DNA of 64,000 nt from Paraspadella gotoi (GCA_051294375.1 CM119265.1:24859605-24923604), one strand, 5' to 3'; positions 25,101 to 40,100 are shown, counted from the stretch's first letter. The notes: generated from the sequence alone by a model not told the origin. Numbers and translations are program-made.

Positions 25101-28100
25101 ACGACCCAAATAGTAAAAAGAACAAAACAGAAAAAGAAAAAAAGGTACTTCGTTATTTAATGTACCTCAACAGATTGTATATAATATGACTTACCTGTGT
25201 TATAATTAAAGTATATTGAATTGACTGACAGGCGGGATAATTATCGCCTGTTTAATTGTTGGGTTCAGAACTGCGGATCTGCCTTTAGTCTGTCACTGTA
25301 GCTGTATAATACAGTGTATATAATAAGATTTCCTCAAAAGATAATGCTAACGTACTCTTACTCCAGCAGGATTATGCCGATAAACTTGAGCGGGGTATTG
25401 GGTTAATGCGTTGCAACAGTATCTTTAATAAAGATACTATCTTTATTATAAGATTTCTTGACTTCCGCAATGTCTTGCACATTGATAAGATTAAAGATTT
25501 TTATTCTATTTGCAGAGCGAGTCTCTGCACGAAGGACAACCGTGTTTTAAGGAGCATATTCATGGTTTAACGCGATTTCAACTGTATCAGATATTCTTGG
25601 CAGCATTTATCGTAATAATGCTACCATTCGCTTTTTTCAATCTTCAAAAAACTACCTGGTTGCAAATTTTAACGTCCATATTGAGGTAAAGATTTAGTTT
25701 ATTTTAAATTATTGTAATGAGCTGTCAAAAGTTGAGGGGAATCAGTAACAATCAATTAATTTTTTTTGTTTTTCCGACTTAAAAAAGTTTTTCTCCAAAA
25801 TTAGTCTTAACTTTTCAATTGCAACTATTTGGTCCACCTTTTATTATTTTAATTAATATTATTCAGCAATTGTGATATATTTTAATTTTACTAAACAAGA
25901 TCTACCTTTCTCTGTAAAGGTGGTTGGCGTTTATAATTATGATAACTCTTGCATCTATTCGTCTTAAAACAGGTATTATATATTTTGATGCTGCCATCAT
26001 AAAGAACAATTCGCTCTTTTTATCTCTTTTTATCTCGTTTAGAATTGCTTCATTGTGCCCTCGTCGTCGTTGTCACGCTTTTTTATAATAGGAAATTTTA
26101 AAAGTGTATAACCATTAGAAGCTAAAAAATTAGATTTGGTTTTTCATCATCAAGGTCTTTTAAATTGTCATTTTAAAATACTCGGATTTGTTTGTTTTAT
26201 TTACAAAACAATTATATCTATTCTTATAAAAGTGTGATACCATAGGAAGCTAAAGATTTAGATATGGCTTCTCATCAAATCTTTGAAATTGTCATGTTTC
26301 ATTTCAATACTCAGATTTGTAAATATTTTATTTATAAAATAATTTTTATATAAAAACTCCTACGAATTACGTTTTAATTATATGTCTCGCTCTCTCTCTC
26401 TCTGTTAATTATATGTCGCTCTCTCTCTCTCTCTTTTTCTCCGTCGCTCCGCTGCAGCGGCTGGACTTCTCTCTCTCTCTCATATACGCATTTGTTTAGT
26501 TTATTTACAATGAATGGCTCATTATTTAATCTCGCATTGAAACTCTTGTAAAATAATCACGTTAATACGAGCACGAATATTTTATCACATTTCAGGTCCT
26601 ATTTCGGATCCACCTCCAAAACTATTTTACCCAAGCAAAGTACCTAATTTATTCGGCGCCTCAGTTTACGCATTTATGTGCCACCATTCAATTCCGGGGA
26701 TGGTGACCCCTATAAGGAACAAGGTATTATTCCGTTTACCATTTAGACTTTTTTCCCTTCAGCCAGTCTATCATATTATACCTGGTTTAATCTTTAATTC
26801 GTTTGCTTCCAAAAACTTTTAAAAATTAAAGACAGATTTTATGAAATAAATATTTTTTTAGGCCAAAATGAATGTTATATTTCTCGCTGATTTCACTGTC
26901 ATTCTAGTTTTTTACTCACTACTGTCTCTCACCGGTGCTTTTGCGTTTACAGGTACAGTGTAATTATTAACTTTTGATAAAGCGTAATGTTATTATATCA
27001 TATTAAATAAAAAATAATTAAAACAAGGACGAGTAATTCTTATGTTACAATTATTCGTGATCGCATTTCTACCATGATGGAAAAAAAATTGTTTCGGTTT
27101 GGAAAAGTTGGTTAATTTCATTATCTAATATATTTTTTGCCGGTAAATAGCTTTTAATATATATTATATCTTCCTTCGGACTGATAAAAAGATTCTTTCT
27201 CAACAGCATAAAATTATTTTATGCATCCAAATATTTCCAAAAAAGGTTGTCTCTAACTATTTTCATTTCTTTTTGATCATTGTTAATTATTGTTAATATT
27301 ATATATCAGACATAATTTTTTTAAATATAGTTTTTTATCATCGCAAACGCAAAGCGATTGCGACGATATTGCTGTGGTTTTGCACATAAGTGGCGTCGTC
27401 GTTGGCGTCGTCGGCGGCGTTCCAAATTATAGATCGCCTTTTTGATGATTAAATTTGGGTGCATGAAGCTGAAAATTTATATACAGCTTCTCATCATCGA
27501 TGTCCTTAAAATTGGGTCAACTTGCATAATTTTTTTAACTTGAATTTTTTTTTCTCAGGGGCTGCGTCTGCTGATCAGTTTATTTGACAATTACAATTGA
27601 CAATGACAAAAAAAAACTTTTTCATTGTCAATGAAAAATGTTTTTTTTTGTTTTTTTTTCTTTTTTTTAGAAACTGTAACTTTAATTTTCCTCCGTACTT
27701 CATTATTTTTTTTTCGTCGGATCTGCTTATCAGCAGATCCCGACTCTATAATTCACTTTGTCGGTCCGTCGGTCCGCCCCCTCAATATTGTCGGGCACTA
27801 ACTTATATCATGTCAGAACAACAATTATGCAAAAAAAATGTCCGTCTGTCCGTCTGTCCGTCCCCCTTGAGCAAGAAAACACTAATTACTCGTGATTGGA
27901 TGGATGGATTTGAATGAAATTTTGTGTGTGGGTAGGGAAGTGTGTGATTGAGCTGGATATAAAGTTTTGATAGAATCGTCCGAGTGGAAATTGGTTTAAA
28001 TGGAAAAAACAAAAAAATATAATTCACTATTTGAACACCAATTTCTCATGAGTGGATGGGGCGATTGACCTGGAATTTTGTATGTGAGTAGGAAAGTGTG

Positions 28101-31100
28101 TGATTGAACAGGAAACCAAGTTTTCGATGGAATTGTTTGAGTGGAAATGAGTTTAATGGAATAAAACAAAAAACCTGTTTCACTAATTGATTATGATTTT
28201 TTTTCCTTTTATATTAAATGTATATGCAGATGTATTATATAATCAAATAATTAATCAGTTAATTAATCAATTAATTAATCACTAATTAATTATTCAGTCA
28301 ATCAATCCGTCCATCCGTCCCACCTTAGCGAAAAGCCCCAATAACTCGTGATTGGCCTGGTTGGATCGGAATGAAATTTTGTGTATGGGTAGGAACATGT
28401 GTGATGAAGCTGGATATAAAGTTTCGACGGAATCATGTGAGTGGATATGAGTTTAAATGGAAAAAACATAAGTCGCATTTACTAAAATCTTTTTACTTAT
28501 TTTAACCAATAAATACTCTAATTAGTAATTAATCATAATTGGATGGATAGATCGAGTTCAAATTTTGTGTGTGGGTAGAAAATGTGTGACGAAGCTTGAT
28601 ATAAAGTTTCGGTAATGAGTGGAAATGAGTTTAAATGAAAAAAATATGAGTCACATTTACTTGACTCTTTTTACTTATTTTAACCATAATAGATTGAGAT
28701 GAAATTTTGTGAGCGGGAAGGAAAATTTGTGAAGAAGCTTGATGTAAAGTTTTGACGGAATTGTGCCAGTAGAAATGAGTTTAAATGGAAAAAATATAAG
28801 TCACATTTACCTTATTTGAAGGACATCGATGATGATAAGCTGTATATAAATTTATAATTAATTATTAAATATTAAAATTAATTAATTAATTAATTAATTT
28901 TCGTAGGCAGATTCGACATTGTTTGCTCAAACTTGTTAATTGACAATCGCAAAATAGAATTTTTCTTTCTGTTTACAATAAAATAAGAAACGTCTTTCTA
29001 TTCGGGCCCATGTTAAAGCAGTCGGAACGGGCAACATTTGAATGTTTGCCTTCGCGAGCATGAGACCAAATATCTCACAATGCCAGTTGACCAAATTATG
29101 CCTGCTGAGAAAATTATGTCCAGTCTACCAAATTATGCCAGTTGATCAAATTATGCCAGTTGACCAAAATATGCCAGTTAACCAAATAATGCAAGTTGAT
29201 TAAATTATGCAAGTTGATTAAATTATGCAAGTTGATCAAATTATGCAAATGGCCCAAATTATGCAAAATTACCAAATTATTCAAGTTGATCAAATAATGT
29301 AAGTTGGTATTGGCGTTGATAGACCAATTGATTTATAGATTTTTTCGTAGATTTATTAAGTCTGTCATGATTTGTTGTGTTACGATATGTTAAGATCTGT
29401 TAAGATCACAAATTGAAAATCAGAAAGAATTATCGTGATTTATCATTGGATAAGCTTATTAACGCTTAATTATCGTAGGTAGATCAGACATTGTTTGCTC
29501 AAACTTGTTTACTCATTGCCAATAAATTATATAAATTCATTTATTCCATGGCTTTTACTTTTCAGTTTGGTATTGCTTGCCTTTATCGGTTTTACTGCGT
29601 TTCTGACGGCAACGTTCATTGTGGAGGTCATGGCATGCGCTAATGCCTTGGAACGATGGCACGAGAAGGTAGTCGTTTCGATTTTTTTTTCCTTAGAATC
29701 TGGGTTAAATTGTAAAAATTTAAAAAACATTACTTCTTTTTTCCGTGAAAGAAAATAGAAGAAGAGAAATCTCCACCTGAAGAGGGAGAAGAAAATGAGG
29801 AACCAGAAAGCGAGGAAAAACCGTTAATCAAAAAAGGGTGAGATGGAAACCGATCGATTATTTCATTTACATGAAATCAGCCTGCAGTTGTCTTAGATAT
29901 GGCGTTGTATTGTAAATATGTAAATATCCGCAACTTCTTCAACCCTCCTAGCAGCCATGGAACGAGTCCTGGACTTGGAAATAGGGTTGAGGGTTTTCCA
30001 GGGGGCAAAGGATATTTACGGCTGTCCTCGACGTTTCCCGCAGTGTAGGTACCGTTAAGGATCTATCCCGGTACCTAATGGTCAATTGGTCATGAGCTGA
30101 TGGTATTACTCCCTGAGCCTCAGGGTCACGACTGAAAGAGTCAATCTTGTTGAAAAATCTCGACTACAGTATAAAACATTATAGTTCAAGAATTTTATAT
30201 AATATTAGACTAAATAATTTTTGATCGAAAACTTTTCTACGTGCTCAGTGATGAGGAGAAACCTGGGGAATACGAAATAACTAAGAAAATGGACATGGCA
30301 GCGATGGCGACAATGTTTTATAGTAAAGCTGGTCTGGTTTTCTTTTACATCTGTATTCTCTTGTATTTGTATGGAGATTTAGGTATGTTCAAACAACAGT
30401 TTTTTTTCACGAATTCGTCATTATGCTAATTTTATCTATTTATGACCGTTGATTTTTACTTAGCTATTTATGGTGCAGCGGTTCCAAAATCACTGAGAGA
30501 TGTAGTTTGTAATTACGACCAAATAGTAAAAAGAACAAAACAGAAAAAGAAAAAAAAGGTACTTCTGTGGCAGCAAGACTTAAGCTGCCTCACTGCTGTC
30601 CGTCCTCAGCCTCGTCTCAATGGCTGAGCAGGCTATCCTCCCGTTGCCATAAGTGGTGAGCCCTACTCTCAACACGCAACCGCTGCGCACCGTGCGCCCA
30701 CGCTTACGTCGCTGTAGGGTATGCATATCACGCCTATGCCCTACTTCTCTGGTAACGCTCCAGACTCGCTCGCTCGCTCGCCCGCTCGCTCTCACTATGG
30801 CAATGAGATCAAACCTTCTCTCAGACATCTCCTCAGGATTGAGGCCCTGTGGAGAAGTCTGGTGGGGGATCCTGTGGCAGCAAGACTTAAAGCTGCCTCA
30901 CTGCTGTCCGTCCTCAGCCTCGTCTCAATGGCTGAGCAGGCTAAATCATCTCATTCCATCCGTGCGTCCCGGGTTCAATCCCTGGGTATCCCGGTTCTGG
31001 CTTAAATGTGACGGTGCCGGTATAATCATGCCAGTGACAGGAGGCGGTCACTGAGGGTCCGCAGCCCCTACGCCAGTTGGTGAGATACCCGCGCCCGGGT

Positions 31101-34100
31101 ATCACAGGCTATCCTCCCGTTGCCATACTTCGTTATTTAATGTACCTCAACAGATTGTATATAATATGACTTACCTGTGTTATAATTAAAGTATATTGAA
31201 TTGACTGACAGGCGGATAATTATCGCCTGTTTAATTGTTGGGTTCAGAACTGCGGATCTGCCTTTAGTCTGTCACTGTAGCTGTATAATACAGTGTATAT
31301 AATAAGATTTCCTCAAAAGATAATGCTACGTACTCTTACTCCAGCAGGATTATGCCGATAAAACTTGAGCGGGGTATTGGGTTAATGCGTTGCAACAGTA
31401 TCTTTAATAAAGGATACTATCTTTATTATAAGATTTCTTGACTTCCGCAATGTCTTGCACATTGATAAGATTAAGATTTTTATTCTATTTGCAGAGCGAG
31501 TCTCTGCACGAAGGACAACCGTGTTTTAAGGAGCATATTCATGGTTTAACGCGATTTCAACTGTATCAGATATTCTTGGCAGCATTTATCGTAATAATGC
31601 TACCATTCGCTTTTTTCAATCTTCAAAAAACTACCTGGTTGCAAATTTTAACGTCCATATTGAGGTAAAGATTTAGTTTATTTTAAATTATTGTAATGAG
31701 CTGTCAAAAGTTGAGGGGAATCAGTAACAATCAATTAATTTTTTTTGTTTTTCCGACTTAAAAAAGTTTTTCTCCAAAATTAGTCTTAACTTTTCAATTG
31801 CAACTATTTGGTCCACCTTTTATTATTTTAATTAATATTATTCAGCAATTGTGATATATTTTAATTTTACTAAACAAGATCTACCTTTCTCTGTAAAGGT
31901 GGTTGGCGTTTATAATTATGATAACTCTTGCATCTATTCGTCTTAAAACAGGTATTATATATTTTGATGCTGCCATCATAAAGAACAATTCGCTCTTTTT
32001 ATCTCTTTTATCTCGTTTAGAATTGCTTCATTGTGCCCTCGTCGTCGTTGTCACGCTTTTTTATAATAGGAAATTTTAAAAGTGTATAACCATTAGAAGC
32101 TAAAAATTAGATTTGGTTTTTCATCATCAAGGTCTTTTAAATTGTCATTTTAAAATACTCGGATTTGTTTGTTTTATTTACAAAACAATTATATCTATTC
32201 TTATAAAAGTGTGATACCATAGGAAGCTAAAGATTTAGATATGGCTTCTCATCAAATCTTTGAAATTGTCATGTTTCATTTCAATACTCAGATTTGTAAA
32301 TATTTTATTTTATAAAATAATTTTTATATAAAAACTCCTACGAATTACGTTTTAATTTATGTCTCGCTCTCTTCTCTCTTTAATTATATGTCGCTCTCTC
32401 TCTCTCTCTTTTTCTCCGTCGCTCCGCTGCAGCGGCTGGACTTCTCTCTCTCTCTCATATACGCATTTGTTTAGTTTATTTACAATGAATGGCTCATTAT
32501 TTAATCTCGCATTGAAACTCTTGTAAAATAATCACGTTAATACGAGCACGAATATTTTATCACATTTCAGGTCCTATTTCGGATCCACCTCCAAAACTAT
32601 TTTACCCAAGCAAAGTACCTAATTTATTCGGCGCCTCAGTTTACGCATTTATGTGCCACCATTCAATTCCGGGGATGGTGACCCCTATAGGAACAAGGTA
32701 TTATTCCGTTTACCATTTAGACTTTTTTCCCTTCAGCCAGTCTATCATATTATACCTGGTTTAATCTTTAATTCGTTTGCTTCCAAAAACTTTTAAAAAT
32801 TAAAGACAGATTTTATGAAATAAATATTTTTTTAGGCCAAAATGAATGTTATATTTCTCGCTGATTTCACTGTCATTCTAGTTTTTTTACTCACTACTGT
32901 CTCTCACCGGTGCTTTTGCGTTTACAGGTACAGTGTAATTATTAATTTTGATAAAGCGTAATGTTATTATATCATATTAAATAAAAAATAATTAAAACAA
33001 GGACGAGTAATTCTTATGTTAAATTATTCGTGATCGCATTTCTACCATGATGGAAAAAAAAATTGTTTCGGTTTGGAAAATGGTTAATTTCATTATCTAA
33101 TATATTTTTTGCCGGTAAATAGCTTTAATATATATTATATCTTCCTTCGGACTGATAAAAAGATTCTTTCTCAACAGCATAAAATTATTTTATGCATCCA
33201 AATATTTCCAAAAAAGGTTGCTCTACTATTTTCATTTCTTTTTGATCATTGTTAATTATTGTTAATATTATATATCAGACATAATTTTTTTAAATATAGT
33301 TTTTTATCATCGCAAACGCAAAGCGATTGCGACGATATTGCTGTGGTTTTGCACATAAGTGGCGTCGTCGTTGGCGTCGTCGGCGGCGTTCCAAATTATA
33401 GATCGCCTTTTTGATGATTAAATTTGGGTGCATGAAGCTGAAAATTTATATACAGCTTCTCATCATCGATGTCCTTAAAATTGGGCAACTTGGCATAATT
33501 TTTTTAACTTGAATTTTTTTTTTCTCAGGGGCTGCGTCTGCTGATCAGTTTATTTGACAATTACAATTGACAATGACAAAAAAAAACTTTTTCATTGTCA
33601 ATGAAAAATGTTTTTTTTGTTTTTTTTTCTTTTTTTTAGAAACTGTAACTTTAATTTTCCTCCGTACTTCATTATTTTTTTTTCGTCGGATCTGCTTATC
33701 AGCAGATCCCGACTCTATAATTCACTTTGTCGGTCCGTCGGTCCGCCCCCTCAATATTGTCGGGCACTAACTTATATCATGTCAGAAAACAATTATGCAA
33801 AAAAAATGTCCGTCTGTCCGTCTGTCCGTCCCACCTTAGCAAAAAACACTAATTACTCGTGATTGGATGGATGGATTTGAATGAAATTTTGTGTGTGGGT
33901 AGGGAAGTGTGTGATTGAGCTGGATATAAAGTTTTGATAGAATCGTCCGAGTGGAAATTGGTTTAAATGGAAAAACAAAAAAAATATAATTCACTATTTG
34001 AACACCAATTTCTCATGAGTGGATGGGGCGATTGACCTGGAATTTTGTATGTGAGTAGGAAAGTGTGTGATTGAACAGGAAACCAAGTTTCGATGGAATT

Positions 34101-37100
34101 GTTTGAGTGGAAATGAGTTTAAATGGAATAAAACAAAAAAACCTGTTCACTAATTGATTATGATTTTTTTTCCTTTTATATTAAATGTATATGCAAGATG
34201 TATTAATAAATCAAATAATTAATCAGTTAATTAATCAATTAATTAATCACTAATTAATTATTCAGTCAATCAATCCGTCCATCCGTCCCACCTTAGCGAA
34301 AAGCCCCAATAACTCGTGATTGCCTGGTTGGATCGGAATGAAATTTTGTGTATGGGTAGGAACATGTGTGATGAAGCTGGATATAAAGTTTCGACGGAAT
34401 CATGTGAGTGGATATGAGTTTAAATGGAAAAAACATAAGTCGCATTTACTAAAATCTTTTTACTTATTTTAACCAATAAATACTCTAATTAGTAATTACA
34501 TAATTGGATGGATAGATCGAGTTCAAATTTTGTGTGTGGGTAGAAAAATGTGTGACGAAGCTTGATATAAAGTTTCGGTATGAGTGGAAATGAGTTTAAA
34601 TGAAAAAAATATGAGTCACATTTACTTGACTCTTTTTACTTATTTTAACCCATAATAGATTGAGATGAAATTTTGTGAGCGGGAAGGAAAATTTGTGAAG
34701 AAGCTTGATGTAAAGTTTTGACGGAATTGTGCCAGTAGAAATGAGTTTAAATGAAAAAATATAAGTCACATTTACCTTATTTGAAGGACATCGATGATGA
34801 TAAGCTGTATATAAATTTATAATTAATTATTAAATATTAATAATTAATTAATTAATAATTTTCGTAGGCAGATTCGACATTGTTTGCTCAAACTTGTTAA
34901 TTGACAATCGCAAAATAGAATTTTTCTTTCTGTTTATAAATTAATTTTCTTTTCTCAAATTTATTTTTTTTAGTATCAAAATTTGTCGTCAATCCAGATT
35001 TTTAGTCGGATCTCCTTTCAGCAGATCCCGACTCTATAATTCACTTTGTCGGTCCGTCGGTCCGCCCCCTCAATCTTGTCGGGCATTCACTTATATCATG
35101 TCAGAATATCGAATTATGATAAATTATGCAAAAAAAAAGATGTCCGTCCGTCCGTCTGTCCATTGTCCGTCATCCGTCCCACCTTAGCAAAAAAACACCA
35201 ATTACTCGTGATTGGATGGATGGATTGGAATGAAATTTTGTGTGTGGGTAGGGAAGTGTGTGATTAAGCTGGATATGAAGTTTCGATGGAATCGTCCGAG
35301 TGGAAATGAGTTAAATGGAAAAAACAAAAAAAATATATTTCACTATTTTGAACACCAATTACTCATGAATGGATAGGGCGATTGACTTGAAATTTTGTAT
35401 TTGGGTAGAAAAGTGTGTGATTAAACTGGAAATCAAGTTTCGATGGAATCGTTTGAGTGGAAATGAGTTTAAATGGAAAAAACAAAGAATTTATTTCACT
35501 AATTTATTATGCTTCTTTTTCTTTTTATTTTAAATGTAAATGCAAGATGTATTTATTGTATTAATTAATCAAATAATTAATCATTAATTAATCATTAGTC
35601 AATTAATCAATCAAAACAAACATTTTGGATCAAATTAATTAATTGCCTAATTAATTAAATAATTAACTTGAATAAATTAATTTTTAATTAATTAAATAAT
35701 TAATTAACTTGAATTAATTATTAATTAATTAATTACCGATAATGATCGTGGGCAGATCCGACATCCTTTGCTCAAACTTTNNNNNNNNNNNNNNNNNNNN
35801 NNNNNTTTTTATTCTAAAAACTTTTATTATCGCCATTTATTCCGCAATACTCCAATATGCAAATTAGATTATAGTACTTACTGCAATATCAAATTAGTAT
35901 ATAGTAAACTATATTTTAATTTGCATATTGCAGTAAATCATAATAAAATAGAAATTCAAACAAAAAATACTTGAATTAATATGAAACATGCGATTTTAAA
36001 AGTACTTGATGATGATGATGATGATTATTATTACAAATAAAAATATACACTTTTACAACTTCCAATTAAACAAATTGTAACAATTTCTAATTGTAAACAA
36101 TTGTAACTTTTTGTCTTTCTTTTTTTTGGAAAAAGTTTTAATTAGCAAACAAAAAAAGCATTAACAATTGTAAAGGGTTGTGACATTTTTTAAAAATTAT
36201 ATATATATATATATATATTTTTTGTTAGGCATTGCCTTTTCTGGTATTAACAAAAAAAAATTTACGATGAATGAATGAATCGCGTCAATGAATGACTATC
36301 ATCGCATCAATGAATGACTATCATCGTATCAATGAATGATTATCATCGCATCAATATTTGGTTATCATCGCATCAATACTTAGTTATCATCGCATCAATA
36401 TTTGGTTACCATCAAAAGCTGGCTCGATCCTTATGCTTTTAAGATTTTTTTTCTAAGAGATTGCTTATGGCTATGTTTAAATTGTTTATGACCGTTTAGA
36501 GTTGGAAGATTTATATACTTTGAATTACGCACCCAATAATCCGAAAGCTGCTAAAGTTCCATTTGTGTGGATCTGGATTTTATATTTTGTTGCAATTTTC
36601 CCTGTATTTACAATAAGGTGCTTAATCGTTTCTCAATTGTGTAATCTTATGACTTTTGAGCTTTGGCATTGATATTGACGCTTATAACATTTTTCTTGCA
36701 TAGAAAAATTTTGTGATTGTAAACTTTTCTATCATGTACATTAGAGTGGAGCACTGGGGAACATAAATTTTATTTGAGTGAACAAACAAGGATATTTAAA
36801 CGTGAGATAGTATGATTAAGGAGTATAAAAAATATTTTGCTTATATTGTTCGGGGAACAGTATCATTAATTATAATTTATTTATAATAATATCCTTATAA
36901 AATTTTCAAAATAATTTTTTAAAAAATTTTTTAAAGATTCTGATTCTTCATAAAAAGTTAGATCAAAAATATAAAATATGTTATTAAAAATTTCAATGTC
37001 TTCAGCGTCAAAAAAGGAAAAAAAGGTCAAATTCTTCACTTTTTTGTAATAAAAACTATTATATGATGAAATATTTTTGGTCATTTTTCGCAGCTTTAAC

Positions 37101-40100
37101 ATAAAAATATTATGTAACATATTTTACAAAAGTTTTTCAGTTTTTTCCGGCGAATCCGAAACTTTTCTTAAAATTAAAAAAAATATGATTTTGAAATTTT
37201 ATGATTTTATAAGGATATTACTATAAAAAAATTCAATTAATGATACTGTTATGCAATTTTTTTTTAAAAGGGGCTTAATTATTTTTTAATACATATGTAG
37301 TCGGGCATTGCCTAGGTTCACCCCGCCTAGAATCATGACACTTTCAGTTGTGACCCGGTGGCTCATTGAGTAAAGCCATCAGCTTATGACCATTAGGTAC
37401 CGGGTTCAATCCTAACCCGGTACCTACCCTGCGGGAAGCGTGAGGACGGCCGTAAGCCGCCTTGGGGGCATGGCAAACCCTCAAGCCTGGTTCCAAGCCC
37501 TGGGACCCGTTCCATGGCTGCTAGAGGGGGTTATAGAAGTTACGGACAGTCATCTTCCACCCACGTAGCGCCTTATCCACACATATATTAAGGCAGCAAA
37601 AAAACATTGTTCCATCGCTCAATCTTTCCATCATTCCACCCTAATGTACATATTGTCTTTTTTTTTGACAGTGCGAATTTTCCAATTATTACTATAACTC
37701 TTCGCGATAATATCAAAACATTATTTCGTTGCGAGGTAAGTTAATCTATTTCATTCAAAATAATAATACTTTATTTGTAAAAATAATATTTAAAGTGTTA
37801 ACAATTATATCAAATCAATAATTGTAATATTAATGATATAAATTATGAATATGATTTGATATCCATTCAAATTGTGATTTATTCAGGAATATGAACGTCC
37901 TGTTGATCCATCCAAAGCAAAGAAAACAGATAAACCAAAGATTAAAAAACCTGTATGTATTTTTGAAATTGTTATCCGTCTATTCCGGTTATAAATATTT
38001 TAAAATTTTGGCACTGCCGGGACAAGGAACAGCATTAGGCGCTTTAGAACCTCAGTGTGCTGCTAATGTTACTCGTATGCTCTCTCTATGCTTATAAAAG
38101 GAGGTGAGGAACCCAATGGATAGCGCGGTTGGGTTGGGGCGTTCATCTCTCCAGGTTTGTCATGGCTGAGGGGTGAGGCCGTGAGGTGACGTTCAGACCT
38201 CTGCACGCAAAACTTCCTGAAGTTTTACCCTTGGGCCAGCAGCATGTTTTCGCATGGCAATCAGACTTATGGGGTGTAGTTGCCCCTGAGTCTTTTCCCG
38301 GTCATCCTCACTATACCTCAATAAAATAAATTACGTGCTCATCATTATTTTAACAACCGCCTTTTCTCGTTATCAGTTATTAATTTATTTAATTGTTTTT
38401 AAAGCATAAGGTCTTTACTTAATTAAAATGGTTTTTGCCAGGAATTTTGGGCATAATATTTATATTTTTTCACAGCCGAGAGAATATCACTGGGCAGTCG
38501 ACAGGATTGTGTTTCCTCTCGTAACAGTCCTTCCTCCCATGATTCCTATTTTTTTCACCAATAACGTTGGATTATTGGTAGGAATTACTGGTTCTTATGC
38601 AGGTATAATTTTATTTAAAGGTTAAAAACTTAAAGCTTAATTTTAAAGAATTAAACAATTTTATTCAACACAAGGTGCTCCTATTCAGTACCTCATACCT
38701 GCTTTGTTAGTGCGTAATGCACGCACGGATTTAAAATTAACCGTCGGCCCCGAAGTCAAAAACCCATACAGATCACCCTTTCATCATATTGGCTGGGTTT
38801 GGTTTGTAAGTTTTATTCTCGCTTTCAATTTTACAATTTTTTTAATTTCTCGCCTGCCCTTTAGATTTGGCCTAAATAGTGTACGTATCAGTTCTGCTTC
38901 TTAGTAACATTGTCATGGTTATCCTTTTTAAAATGTAATACAATATAAACGTATAATTGTTATTGTATAAAGTAATGAATTTAGATATGACTTTTAATCG
39001 TTAAGTTATTTTATAATTGAAAGTTATATATTTCTTAGTTTATTTATAAAATAATTTTGTTTATTTTTAGAGCAAAAATTTCGCTATTGTTTTTAGAATA
39101 ATTAAAGAATTAGTTAAGGTTTTATTAACATATCAATTTAAACAAGGTCGGTTCATCCAATGTGTTTCGCAACAGTGACTTTATTTTGACCTGTATTTCT
39201 CGTGACATGACGTAATATGACATGAATTCATGACTACAATAACTTTCTTAGCCTGGAAGGTCGTATACAAATGCAAAAAAATGGCTTTTTTGAAATTCGA
39301 CCATGCCATTGATGAGCACATGACTAAGAATACAAGCAAGTTGGATTACCGGGAGTTGAAAAATAAAAAACGTCAGCGATTTTTTTAACAGGATGCAAAA
39401 TCTGAAGTTGCTATAACAAATAATTTAGCCACAGTATTTGATCATTTCATTTCACTCCCATTTTTTTTTCACTCTATTTACGTTTGAATTTTTAAAACTT
39501 TTGCTTTTAACGAAATAATCAAAAAAATTCACAGAAAATAAGGATTTTTCTTTAAATTTAGGAAAAAATAAATTAAAATAAAAACAAAAGTACGTTTGTC
39601 GGTTTGCCTGTGTCTTTTTTTTTTATCAGAGCAAAATATTTACACAAGAGCACTCAAGAACAAAAAAATTATTTGAATGATTGAACAATAGAGTAGAGCA
39701 TTCAAGAACAAAAAATCTATTTGAATGATCGAACAAGGACATTTGATGTGACATAGTATGATTAACTAGTATAAAAAATATTTTGTTAATATAGTCTCGG
39801 GAACTGAATAGTAAAATACAATATATTTATAGTATATAACATATTTTATAAAAGTTTTTTAGTTTTTTATGGCGAATCCAAATCTGTTCTTTAAATAAAA
39901 TAAAATCTTACCAAATAAATAATTGAATTTACTATACTGTTATGCTTAAAAAAAATTTTAAAGGATTTTATATTTATTAATTATATGTCTATAGGCAGTA
40001 AAAAATAATGTTCAATGGCTCAATCTTTTCATCACTCCACCTTATTCAACAAGGATATTTAGATGTGAGATAGCATGATCTTTAACATTTAAAACAGAAA

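Larger units (their letters stand above)
23561..34935 (+). repeat. ~5.4-kb near-identical tandem duplication (23561-28974 and 28975-34935)
   Basis: Both units start ACAATAAAATAAGAAACGTC and end AATTTTTCTTTCTGTTT. Differences are mostly 1-bp indels, plus the 562-bp element found only in unit 2. Confidence 0.95.

Noticed and set aside
30580-31054. Overlapping ORFs within the TRIM
   Set aside because: No Gag/Pol motifs; expected by chance in GC-rich sequence.
29495-32927. A third TMEM104 gene
   Set aside because: Only exons 2-9, nearly identical to the preceding unit, with no first or last exons.
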